64,000 bases of DNA from NCBI GenBank assembly GCA_963843145.1, contig CAWJJC010000020.1, positions 448,001 to 512,000 on the forward strand, read 5' to 3'. The notes beneath the pieces are model-generated. The model did not search any database and had not been told where the DNA came from. It saw only the letters and a list, made by a program, of their open reading frames with translations. Of this stretch, positions 37,984-45,218 are shown piece by piece. The translations under genes were made by a program, and so were the position numbers. This DNA is from an uncultured delta proteobacterium (GTDB taxonomy: Bacteria; Desulfobacterota; RBG-13-43-22). Position 1 is the first letter of the stretch. Every line of letters starts with the position of its first letter.

Positions 37984-39329
37984 TGGCCGAGCGAATCCTC
38001 ATTGTTGACGATGAAGCCACCCTGTGCGCGTCCCTGCAGCGGGTTTTCGTCAGGGAAGGGTATGAGGTGGTAACGGCCCACGACGCCGAGGCGGCCCTGG
38101 CCCAATTCGAGGAAGGCGCCTACGACCTGATCATTTCCGATATCCTCCTTCCCGGCATGAACGGCATCGAGTTTCTGCAGGCCGTCAAAAAACGGGCGCC
38201 CGACCTGATCGTCATCGTCATGACCGCCTATGCTTCCATCGAAACTGCCGTCAGCGCCCTGCGCTCCGGGGCCCACGATTATATTCTTAAGCCGGTCATC
38301 CATGACGAAATCAAACGCCTGGTTCGGCTGGCCCTGCACGAAAGGGCCCTTCGGACCGAAAACATCCTGTTAAAAAAACAGATCGAAGACCGCTATGACT
38401 TTGAAAACATCCTAGGCAAAAGTCAGTCTATTCAAGATCTGATCGAACAGGTGAAAAAAATATCGGATTCCCGCAGCAACGTCCTGGTCCTGGGGGAAAC
38501 CGGCACCGGGAAAGAACTGTTTACCCGGGCTATCCATTTCAACAGTTCTCGCAGGAACAAGCCCTTCGTACCCATCAATTGCAGCGCCATTCCCGATAAC
38601 CTCCTGGAATCCGAATTGTTCGGCTACGTCAAAGGCGCCTTTACCGGAGCCACCCAGACCAAGAGAGGCCTGCTGGAAGAAGCGGATGGGGGCACTGTTT
38701 TCCTGGACGAAATCGCCGATCTGGGTTTCTCCCTTCAGGCCAAATTGCTCCGGGTGATCGACGATCACGAAATTCGTCCCCTGGGCAGCACTCAGAGCCG
38801 AAAGGTGGACCTGCGCTTTGTCTCCGCCACCAATAAAGATGTCCGGACAGCCGTGAAGGAAGGGTCTCTGCGGGAGGACCTTTATTACCGCCTGAGCGTG
38901 GTCACCTTTCACTTGCCCCCTCTTCGAGACCGGAAAGAGGATATTCCTATTTTGGCCCGTCGGTTCGTCAAAAAGTATGTCCAGGAACTGGGGAAGCCGG
39001 TCCAGGAAATCGATCCGGTCGCCATTAAAATCTTTAGCGAATACGATTGGCCAGGGAATGTCAGGGAGCTTCAGAATGTCATTGAGCGGGCCGTACTGAT
39101 TTCCGAAGGGAAGAGCATCCTTCCCGAACATCTTCCAGAGGGAATCAGGAAGACCGATTCTTTTATGTTGAAGGCCCTGGATGATTCATTATCTATAGAA
39201 AACTATACCAAAGAATTCATCAAACGACACGAAACCTCCATGAACGAACAAAGACTTGCGGATATGCTGGGGATTACCAGAAAGGCCCTTTGGGAAAAGA
39301 GAAAAAGGTGGGGTCTGGTAAAAAAATAA
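37983..39329 (+). CDS. cbrB: sigma54-dependent response regulator, CbrB-like
   Basis: GETGTGKE, ESELFGYVKGAFTGA, FLDEI, WPGNVREL; tail LSIENY...LADMLGITRKALWEKR resembles the CbrB C-terminus. Confidence 0.8.
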   Translation: MAERILIVDDEATLCASLQRVFVREGYEVVTAHDAEAALAQFEEGAYDLIISDILLPGMNGIEFLQAVKKRAPDLIVIVMTAYASIETAVSALRSGAHDYILKPVIHDEIKRLVRLALHERALRTENILLKKQIEDRYDFENILGKSQSIQDLIEQVKKISDSRSNVLVLGETGTGKELFTRAIHFNSSRRNKPFVPINCSAIPDNLLESELFGYVKGAFTGATQTKRGLLEEADGGTVFLDEIADLGFSLQAKLLRVIDDHEIRPLGSTQSRKVDLRFVSATNKDVRTAVKEGSLREDLYYRLSVVTFHLPPLRDRKEDIPILARRFVKKYVQELGKPVQEIDPVAIKIFSEYDWPGNVRELQNVIERAVLISEGKSILPEHLPEGIRKTDSFMLKALDDSLSIENYTKEFIKRHETSMNEQRLADMLGITRKALWEKRKRWGLVKK

Positions 39330-39330
39330 A

Positions 39331-39443
39331 TGTTACTTTTTTTCCTGAAAAGCTCGGCATTTATTACTTTTGGTAACATAATATAACTTATTATATTTAT
39401 TATGTAATTATTATATGCAATAATTTTCGTAACCATTTGTAAC
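39331..39443 (+). promoter_or_regulatory. putative enhancer (UAS) with TGTTAC/GTAAC(A) half-sites
   Basis: TGTTAC 39331-36, GTAACA 39373-78, GTAAC 39429-33 and 39439-43 in AT-rich DNA 120-240 bp upstream of a sigma54 promoter. Confidence 0.6.
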
Positions 39444-39565
39444 GTTTTTTTTAACAAAATCATGAAAACTATTTCACCAATAGAAGAACCTGCTCAAACC
39501 AATTGAATAGAATATAATAATTAATTCAGTAGGTTATTATATTCAGGGCGCTCTCTTTCCTTCCC

Positions 39566-39581
39566 TGGCATACCTATTGCT
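39566..39581 (+). promoter_or_regulatory. sigma54 (-24/-12) promoter
   Basis: TGGCAT-ACCTA-TTGCT with exact GG-N10-GC spacing. Confidence 0.85.
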
Positions 39582-39591
39582 TCGTTAATAA

Positions 39592-39714
39592 TGAAAAAAT
39601 TAAATTACGTAATCGGGTTTAAAGAGGATCGCACTCTTTAAAGGTTAAATATTTTAACACCGATGGTCGGGCCGCCATCTCCGTCATATTTTATGACGGG
39701 TTGGCGGTTTTTTT
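39592..39714 (+). ncRNA. candidate sigma54-dependent structured small RNA or attenuating leader (~120 nt)
   Basis: Bounded by the sigma54 promoter and an intrinsic terminator; can form a three-way junction (ATCGG/CCGAT, TTTAAAGAG/CTCTTTAAA, GTTAAA/TTTAAC). Confidence 0.55.
39672..39714 (+). terminator. intrinsic terminator
   Basis: CCGCCA..CCGTCATA-TTT-TATGACGG..TGGCGG followed by T7. Confidence 0.8.
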
Positions 39715-39768
39715 CTTTCCTGAATAAACAACAATAAAAATTTGAATAGATCGATCCCCTGATCTCAG

Positions 39769-41700
39769 GTGAATATTCCTCCGGGGAAACAGGTCATGGC
39801 AATCGAAGAGGCCCTACAATTCCTCCGGGAAACCCCCCCGTTTCATAATCTGGACGGCGTGGTCCTGCAGGATATCCGGGCCCAAATTACCACGGAAACC
39901 TATCCCCAGGGTACCCCTATAGTTCTCCCGGACAGGCCGGGGGGGGACCATCTTCGAATAATCAAGAAGGGAGCGGTTAAGGTTATCGCCTACTTTGGCT
40001 CAGCGAGCGACGTGGTGACGGACTACCGAGGAGCAGGGGAAATCTTCGGATTTTTGTCCCTGCTGACCGGAGACGAGCTGAAGGCCCAGGTGGTCGCCCT
40101 GGAGGAAACCACATGCTACCTCATCGACCGGAAGATGTTTTTTCAGCTTATTCAGACCCAGCCGGCCTTCGCCGAACAAATGTTCGCCGCCGTTCTGAAA
40201 AAATATGTGGATAAGCCCAACCGGGAAAGGGGAAAGAAGAAACTGCTCTATGGGGGGGCCGACCGCCTTTTTTTTACAACTCCCGTCGGTGAACTGGTTA
40301 CCAGGGACCTGGTTACGGCCTCCGAAGAAATTTCCATCCGGGAGGCCACGGAGATCATGTCCAAGGAGCAGATAAGCTCCTTGGTCCTATTGAATCCCCT
40401 GGGACTGCCATCGGGGATTATAACCATCAAGGACCTGCGGGATAAAGTGGTTTCCAGAGGGCGGGACCTCAATCTGCCGGTCAAAAGGGTCCAGAGCGTT
40501 TCACTGGTCCGGGCCGAAGCCGGCGAGCACTGCATCGAAGCCCTATTTAAGATGATTCATTATAACATCCATCATCTGCTGGTGGTGGACCAGGGTCGTC
40601 TGAAGGGGGTCGTGACCACCCACGATCTGATGAAACTGCAGGGCGCTTCGCCGATTTCTCTGGTCCGAGAGATTGAGGGCCGGCATTCCTTGGAGGACCT
40701 GGCCCCGCTTGGCGGGAAAGTCCGGGACCTGGTGGGGATTTTTTTGAATGACGGCGTCAATCCGGCCCAGATCCTGCGGATTACCACCGAGGTCTATGAC
40801 CGCCTACTCCGGAAGATACTCGAAATAGTCGAAAGGAAACTGGGGACCCCGCCGAGATCTTATTGCTATGGTTCCCTCGACCGGGCCGGCCGTAAGGAGC
40901 AGGGTTTGGAGAACGTTCAACCCTTCGCCCTGATATATTCCGATCCCGCCCCTTCGGAGCCGGAAAAAGAAGCCCGGGAATATTTTGACCGTTTCTTTTA
41001 CCTGACCTCCGAAGCCCTGGGTCGTCTCGGCTTTCAGGTCTCGACACTTGAGGACCCTGAATCCGGAAATCTCGACCGCTGCCGAACGCTAGGATCTTGG
41101 AAGACCGTATTTACCGATTGGATCCATCAGGCAGATGCCCGGTCCGCTGCGGCTGCTCTGCCCTATTTGGATTTCCGGCCCCTGCACGGCGATCTGCGCC
41201 TGGCCGACGATTTACGGCGCTCGATTACCTCCGATTTGTCCCGAAAACGGGAATTCCTGGAGGCCCTGGCCCTGTTCATTCTTAAAAACTCTCCCCCGAT
41301 CAGCGTTTTCCGGAACTTCATTTTGAAAAAAAGCGGAGAGTTCAAAGGATGCTTCGACCTGGAGGAAAAAGGGTTGAGGCCTCTGGTGGACCTGATTCGG
41401 TTTTTCGCTCTGGAAGCCGGGATACCTGAAACCTCCACCCTGGATCGACTTCAAGCCCTGAAGGCGATTTCTCCCTTGGTCAGGGAAAACGGGCAGGAGC
41501 TGGAATACGGCTTTGAATTCCTGACCGGGCTCTGGCTGAAGATTCGGCAGGAACAGATCACCCGGGGACTCCCGCCGCATCCCTACCTGGACCCTAACAA
41601 CCTAAACAGCCTGGAAAAAAAAACGCTGAAAGAAGTGTTCGCCCTGGTCGCCCGACTGCAGGGTCTGCTGCTGGAGAAGGTTCAACCAATTAAATTCTGA
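39769..41700 (+). CDS. cNMP/CBS/DUF294 protein, NTase motif fully degenerate
   Basis: LDRAGRKEQGLENVQPFAL in place of LGSEGR.EQ....DQDNAL; start may be ATG 39796. Confidence 0.85.
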   Translation: MNIPPGKQVMAIEEALQFLRETPPFHNLDGVVLQDIRAQITTETYPQGTPIVLPDRPGGDHLRIIKKGAVKVIAYFGSASDVVTDYRGAGEIFGFLSLLTGDELKAQVVALEETTCYLIDRKMFFQLIQTQPAFAEQMFAAVLKKYVDKPNRERGKKKLLYGGADRLFFTTPVGELVTRDLVTASEEISIREATEIMSKEQISSLVLLNPLGLPSGIITIKDLRDKVVSRGRDLNLPVKRVQSVSLVRAEAGEHCIEALFKMIHYNIHHLLVVDQGRLKGVVTTHDLMKLQGASPISLVREIEGRHSLEDLAPLGGKVRDLVGIFLNDGVNPAQILRITTEVYDRLLRKILEIVERKLGTPPRSYCYGSLDRAGRKEQGLENVQPFALIYSDPAPSEPEKEAREYFDRFFYLTSEALGRLGFQVSTLEDPESGNLDRCRTLGSWKTVFTDWIHQADARSAAAALPYLDFRPLHGDLRLADDLRRSITSDLSRKREFLEALALFILKNSPPISVFRNFILKKSGEFKGCFDLEEKGLRPLVDLIRFFALEAGIPETSTLDRLQALKAISPLVRENGQELEYGFEFLTGLWLKIRQEQITRGLPPHPYLDPNNLNSLEKKTLKEVFALVARLQGLLLEKVQPIKF

Positions 41701-41752
41701 CCAAACCTTCCCCCTCTCCCCTAGGTGGGGGGAGAGGGCGGGGTGGGGGGGT

Positions 41753-42463
41753 ATGCTCGATTTTTTTAGAAGCAAAAAAACAAAATTTAACGCCGGAGCC
41801 CCTCCGGGGGCCGTGGTTGAAGCCGGACTCCCGATCAATGAAATCCGCGCCGTGGTCCTGGACACCGAACTGACCGGTCTGGACCGAAAACGGGACGCTA
41901 TCGTTTCCATCGGGGCGGTCAAAATGGTCGGGGGCCGGATCGAAATGGGCCACACCTTTTACCAGTTGGTGAACCCCAACAAGGTGATGAAGCCGGAGAG
42001 TGTGGTCGTCCATGAGATCACCCCCTCCGAGGTCGTTGAAAAGCCAGATATCGGCCCGGTCCTGGCAGAATTCCTGACCTTCTGCAACGGAGACATCCTG
42101 ATCGGTCATTATATCAACATGGACCTGGCCTTCATCAACCGGGAGTTAAAGAAGACCTTGGGCCGAACCCTGAAGAATCCGGCCCTGGACACCATGGCCC
42201 TGATGCACTGGTGGCGTTCCAACACCCCCCAGCATGGCCCGAGCTCCTTTACGGCCCAAAATTTTGAGTTGGTGGCCATCGCCAAGGAATTGGCCATACC
42301 GGTCCAGGGGGCGCACAACGCCCTCATGGACGCCTTTATGACCGCGCAGGTTTTTCAACGGTTGCTCCCGAGGCTGGAGCAATCAGGCCTGCGGACCCTG
42401 GGGGAGCTGCTGCGGGCGGGAGATCCGGCCCGCAAGCTGCGGCAGGCCGGGGCGATGATTTGA
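41753..42463 (+). CDS. DEDDh 3'-5' exonuclease (DnaQ-like), DUF294-associated
   Basis: LDTELTG, MDLAF, HNALMDA. Confidence 0.9.
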   Translation: MLDFFRSKKTKFNAGAPPGAVVEAGLPINEIRAVVLDTELTGLDRKRDAIVSIGAVKMVGGRIEMGHTFYQLVNPNKVMKPESVVVHEITPSEVVEKPDIGPVLAEFLTFCNGDILIGHYINMDLAFINRELKKTLGRTLKNPALDTMALMHWWRSNTPQHGPSSFTAQNFELVAIAKELAIPVQGAHNALMDAFMTAQVFQRLLPRLEQSGLRTLGELLRAGDPARKLRQAGAMI

Positions 42464-42647
42464 TGGAACCCGTCCTTTCCTTTTCCCAGGGGAGGAGAAA
42501 AGGGGACCGTTTAGGCAAACACAGTTAAATGAATCAGCGGAAGGAGGTGAACTGGAGGAGAGAGGAGGGGAAAACTTTTTTGGAGTCAACCGCAAGGCCC
42601 GGTTTAACTAAACAGGGCCGAAAACGCACACCATCAAAGGAGGTTTT

Positions 42648-42905
42648 ATGGCTACAAGAGATTTAAAGGCCTACTGGAAGGAGAATCTTACCTACGTGTT
42701 CATTCTCCTGGCTATCTGGTTTGCTGTGTCCTACCTCTTCGGCATCATCCTGGTCAACCAACTGGGTAGCGTCTACCTGGGCGGTTTCCCGCTGGGGTTC
42801 TGGTTCGCCAACCAGGGATCGGAGGTCATCTTTGTCCTCCTGATCCTGGTTTACGTAAAACTGATGAATGCCCTGGATCGAAAATACGACGTCCATGAAA
42901 AGTAG
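42648..42905 (+). CDS. solute:sodium symporter small subunit (DUF4212-like)
   Basis: AYWKEN, GFPLGFWFANQGS; SD AAGGAGG. Confidence 0.9.
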   Translation: MATRDLKAYWKENLTYVFILLAIWFAVSYLFGIILVNQLGSVYLGGFPLGFWFANQGSEVIFVLLILVYVKLMNALDRKYDVHEK

Positions 42906-42938
42906 TTTTCCACACTTCGCTATAGAAAGGAGTATCTT

Positions 42939-44723
42939 ATGGGTATATTAGCTTGGACTTGGGTGATTGTCGGCCTGTCATTCGCCCTGTATATATCGAT
43001 CGCCTGGTACGCCAAGGCCAAAACCACCGGCGACTTCTACGTGGCCGAACGGCAGATCCATCCGGTCTTGAACGGGATGGCCACCGGGGCGGACTGGATG
43101 TCCGCGGCCTCCTTCATCTCCATGGCCGGTCTGATTTCCTTCCTCGGCCGGGACGGTTCCATGTACCTCATGGGCTGGACCGGCGGCTATGTCCTCCTGG
43201 CCATGCTTCTGGCCCCTTATCTGCGCAAGTACGGGAAGTTCACCGTACCCATGTTCGTCAAGGAGCGCTATTACTCCGATGCGGCCCGGGTCGTGGCCGT
43301 CTTCTGCGCCATCTTCGTGTCTTTTACTTACGTGGCCGGCCAGATGCGCGGCGTGGGCATTGTCTTCTCCCGCTTTTTGGAAGTGCCGATCAACACGGGC
43401 GTGCTGATCGGCATGGCCATCGTCTTTTTCTACGCCGTCACCGGCGGCATGAAAGGCATCACCTACACCCAGGTGGCCCAGTACTGCGTCTTGATCGTGG
43501 CCTACATGATCCCGGCCATCTTCATCTCCATCATGCTCACCGGTTGGCCCATCCCCCAGATCGGTTACGGCAGCAGCTTAAGCCAGGGCGGGCAGGCGCT
43601 TTTAGGTACCTCGCCGGGATACCTGCTGGATAAGCTGGACGGACTGCAGATAGAACTGGGCTTTAAGGCCTACACCGGCCAGGGGGCCAAGAGTCTGCTC
43701 GACGTCTTCATGATCACCTTCGCCCTGATGGTCGGAACGGCCGGGCTGCCCCACATCATCATCCGCTTTTTCACCACCCCGACGATCAAGGGCGCCCGGG
43801 CCTCGGCCGGCTGGGCCCTCTTCTTCATCGCCCTGCTCTACACCACCGCCCCGGCCGTGGCCGCCTTCGCCCGGACCAACCTGATCCTGACCTTAAACAA
43901 CAAAAACTACGCTGACGCGCCTTCCTGGTTCAAGAACTGGGAGATGACCGGTCTCGTCGCCTGGAAAGACAAGAACGGGGACGGCAAAATCCAGTTCGCC
44001 CCGGGAAACGCCTTTAAGGGCAAAGTGGCTTTTTCCAAGGAAAAAGGCCAATACGGAGAACGGGTAGTTACCACGCCTTTCGATGACAAGAGTAAAAACG
44101 AACTGTACATCGACAACGACATCGTCGTGCTGGCCAACCCGGAAATCGCCAAACTACCAAACTGGGTAGTGGCCCTGGTGGCCGCCGGCGGGCTGGCCGC
44201 GGCCCTGTCCACCGCGGCCGGTTTGCTCCTGGTCATTGCCTCGGCCATCTCCCACGACCTGATCAAGGGCATTATTCGCAAGGACATTTCCGAGAAGGGA
44301 GAACTGACCTGGGCCCGGAGCGCCGCCGGCGCGGCGGTCATCGTTGCCGGCTACTTCGGCATCAACCCCCCCGGCTTCGTGGCTCAGGTGGTGGCCTTTG
44401 CCTTCGGTCTGGCCGCCTCCTCCTTCTTCCCCCTGATCATCATGGGGATCTTCTGGAAGCGGGCCACCAAGGCCGGGGCCATCCTGGGCATGGCCAGCGG
44501 CATCGTCTTTACCGCCATCTACATCATCTACTTCAAGTTCGTCAACCCGGGGGTCAACAATGCCGCTCATTGGTTATGGGGCATCTCTCCGGAAGGCATC
44601 GGCACCATCGGGATGGCCCTTAACTTCATCGTGATGTATGTGGTTTCCCTGATCACCCCCCCGCCTCCGCAGGAGGTCCAGGACATGGTCGAGCGGATCC
44701 GTTATCCGAGGGAGCTGGCCTAA
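42939..44723 (+). CDS. sodium:solute symporter large subunit (VC_2705/ActP-related), probable acetate permease
   Basis: NGMATGADWMSAASFISMAG, GGMKGITYTQVAQY, GTAGLPH, AAGGLAAALSTAAGLL. Confidence 0.9.
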   Translation: MGILAWTWVIVGLSFALYISIAWYAKAKTTGDFYVAERQIHPVLNGMATGADWMSAASFISMAGLISFLGRDGSMYLMGWTGGYVLLAMLLAPYLRKYGKFTVPMFVKERYYSDAARVVAVFCAIFVSFTYVAGQMRGVGIVFSRFLEVPINTGVLIGMAIVFFYAVTGGMKGITYTQVAQYCVLIVAYMIPAIFISIMLTGWPIPQIGYGSSLSQGGQALLGTSPGYLLDKLDGLQIELGFKAYTGQGAKSLLDVFMITFALMVGTAGLPHIIIRFFTTPTIKGARASAGWALFFIALLYTTAPAVAAFARTNLILTLNNKNYADAPSWFKNWEMTGLVAWKDKNGDGKIQFAPGNAFKGKVAFSKEKGQYGERVVTTPFDDKSKNELYIDNDIVVLANPEIAKLPNWVVALVAAGGLAAALSTAAGLLLVIASAISHDLIKGIIRKDISEKGELTWARSAAGAAVIVAGYFGINPPGFVAQVVAFAFGLAASSFFPLIIMGIFWKRATKAGAILGMASGIVFTAIYIIYFKFVNPGVNNAAHWLWGISPEGIGTIGMALNFIVMYVVSLITPPPPQEVQDMVERIRYPRELA

Positions 44724-44757
44724 GCCAAAACCAAAGATAGCTCTATTTTAATCCCAC

Positions 44758-44800
44758 TCCTTCCTACCCTCCCCCCCGCCCGGAGGGAGGGTAGGAAGGA
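44758..44800. terminator. 16-bp stem hairpin after the SSS gene
   Basis: TCCTTCCTACCCTCCC / GGGAGGGTAGGAAGGA. Confidence 0.65.
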
Positions 44801-44869
44801 ATAGTAATTGATAATCAACCATTAACTAATATTTATTAAAAGAGCGATTAAACCAGCCCATCCGGCTCA

Positions 44870-45146
44870 GCCGACATCGGCTGGGTGACCGGGCACAGCA
44901 CCATTGTCTACGGGTCGTTATCCGCCGGGGCCACCAGCCTGATCTTCGAGGGCATCCCCACCTATCCCCAGGCCGGCCGGTTCTAAGACATCGTGGACAC
45001 CCGGTGGCAGACCGAGAACGGGGGGATACTGATCACGCCGTTACCCGGGGCCATGACCTTGAAACCCGGTTTGGCCACCCGTCCCTTTCCCGGGGTCTTC
45101 CCCAAGATCATCCAGGAGGACGGTTCGGCGGCCAAGGCCAACAAGG
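44870..45146 (+). pseudogene. acetyl-CoA synthetase remnant
   Basis: [15 protein letters not shown]...[45 protein letters not shown]; stop at 44984-86 and an internal deletion. Confidence 0.85.
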
Positions 45147-45218
45147 TGAGCAAGCGAGAAAATTGGCAAGGCTGTAATTGTTAGCCTGAAAAAAATATAA
45201 AAAGGAGTGAAAAAAACT

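Noticed and set aside
39591-39641. 16-codon leader peptide MKKLNYVIGFKEDRTL
   Set aside because: The ATG sits at or just before the predicted transcription start, with no RBS and no regulatory codon run.
41753-42463. DNA polymerase III epsilon (dnaQ)
   Set aside because: DEDDh fold only; it sits in the DUF294/SSS context typical of a separate subfamily.
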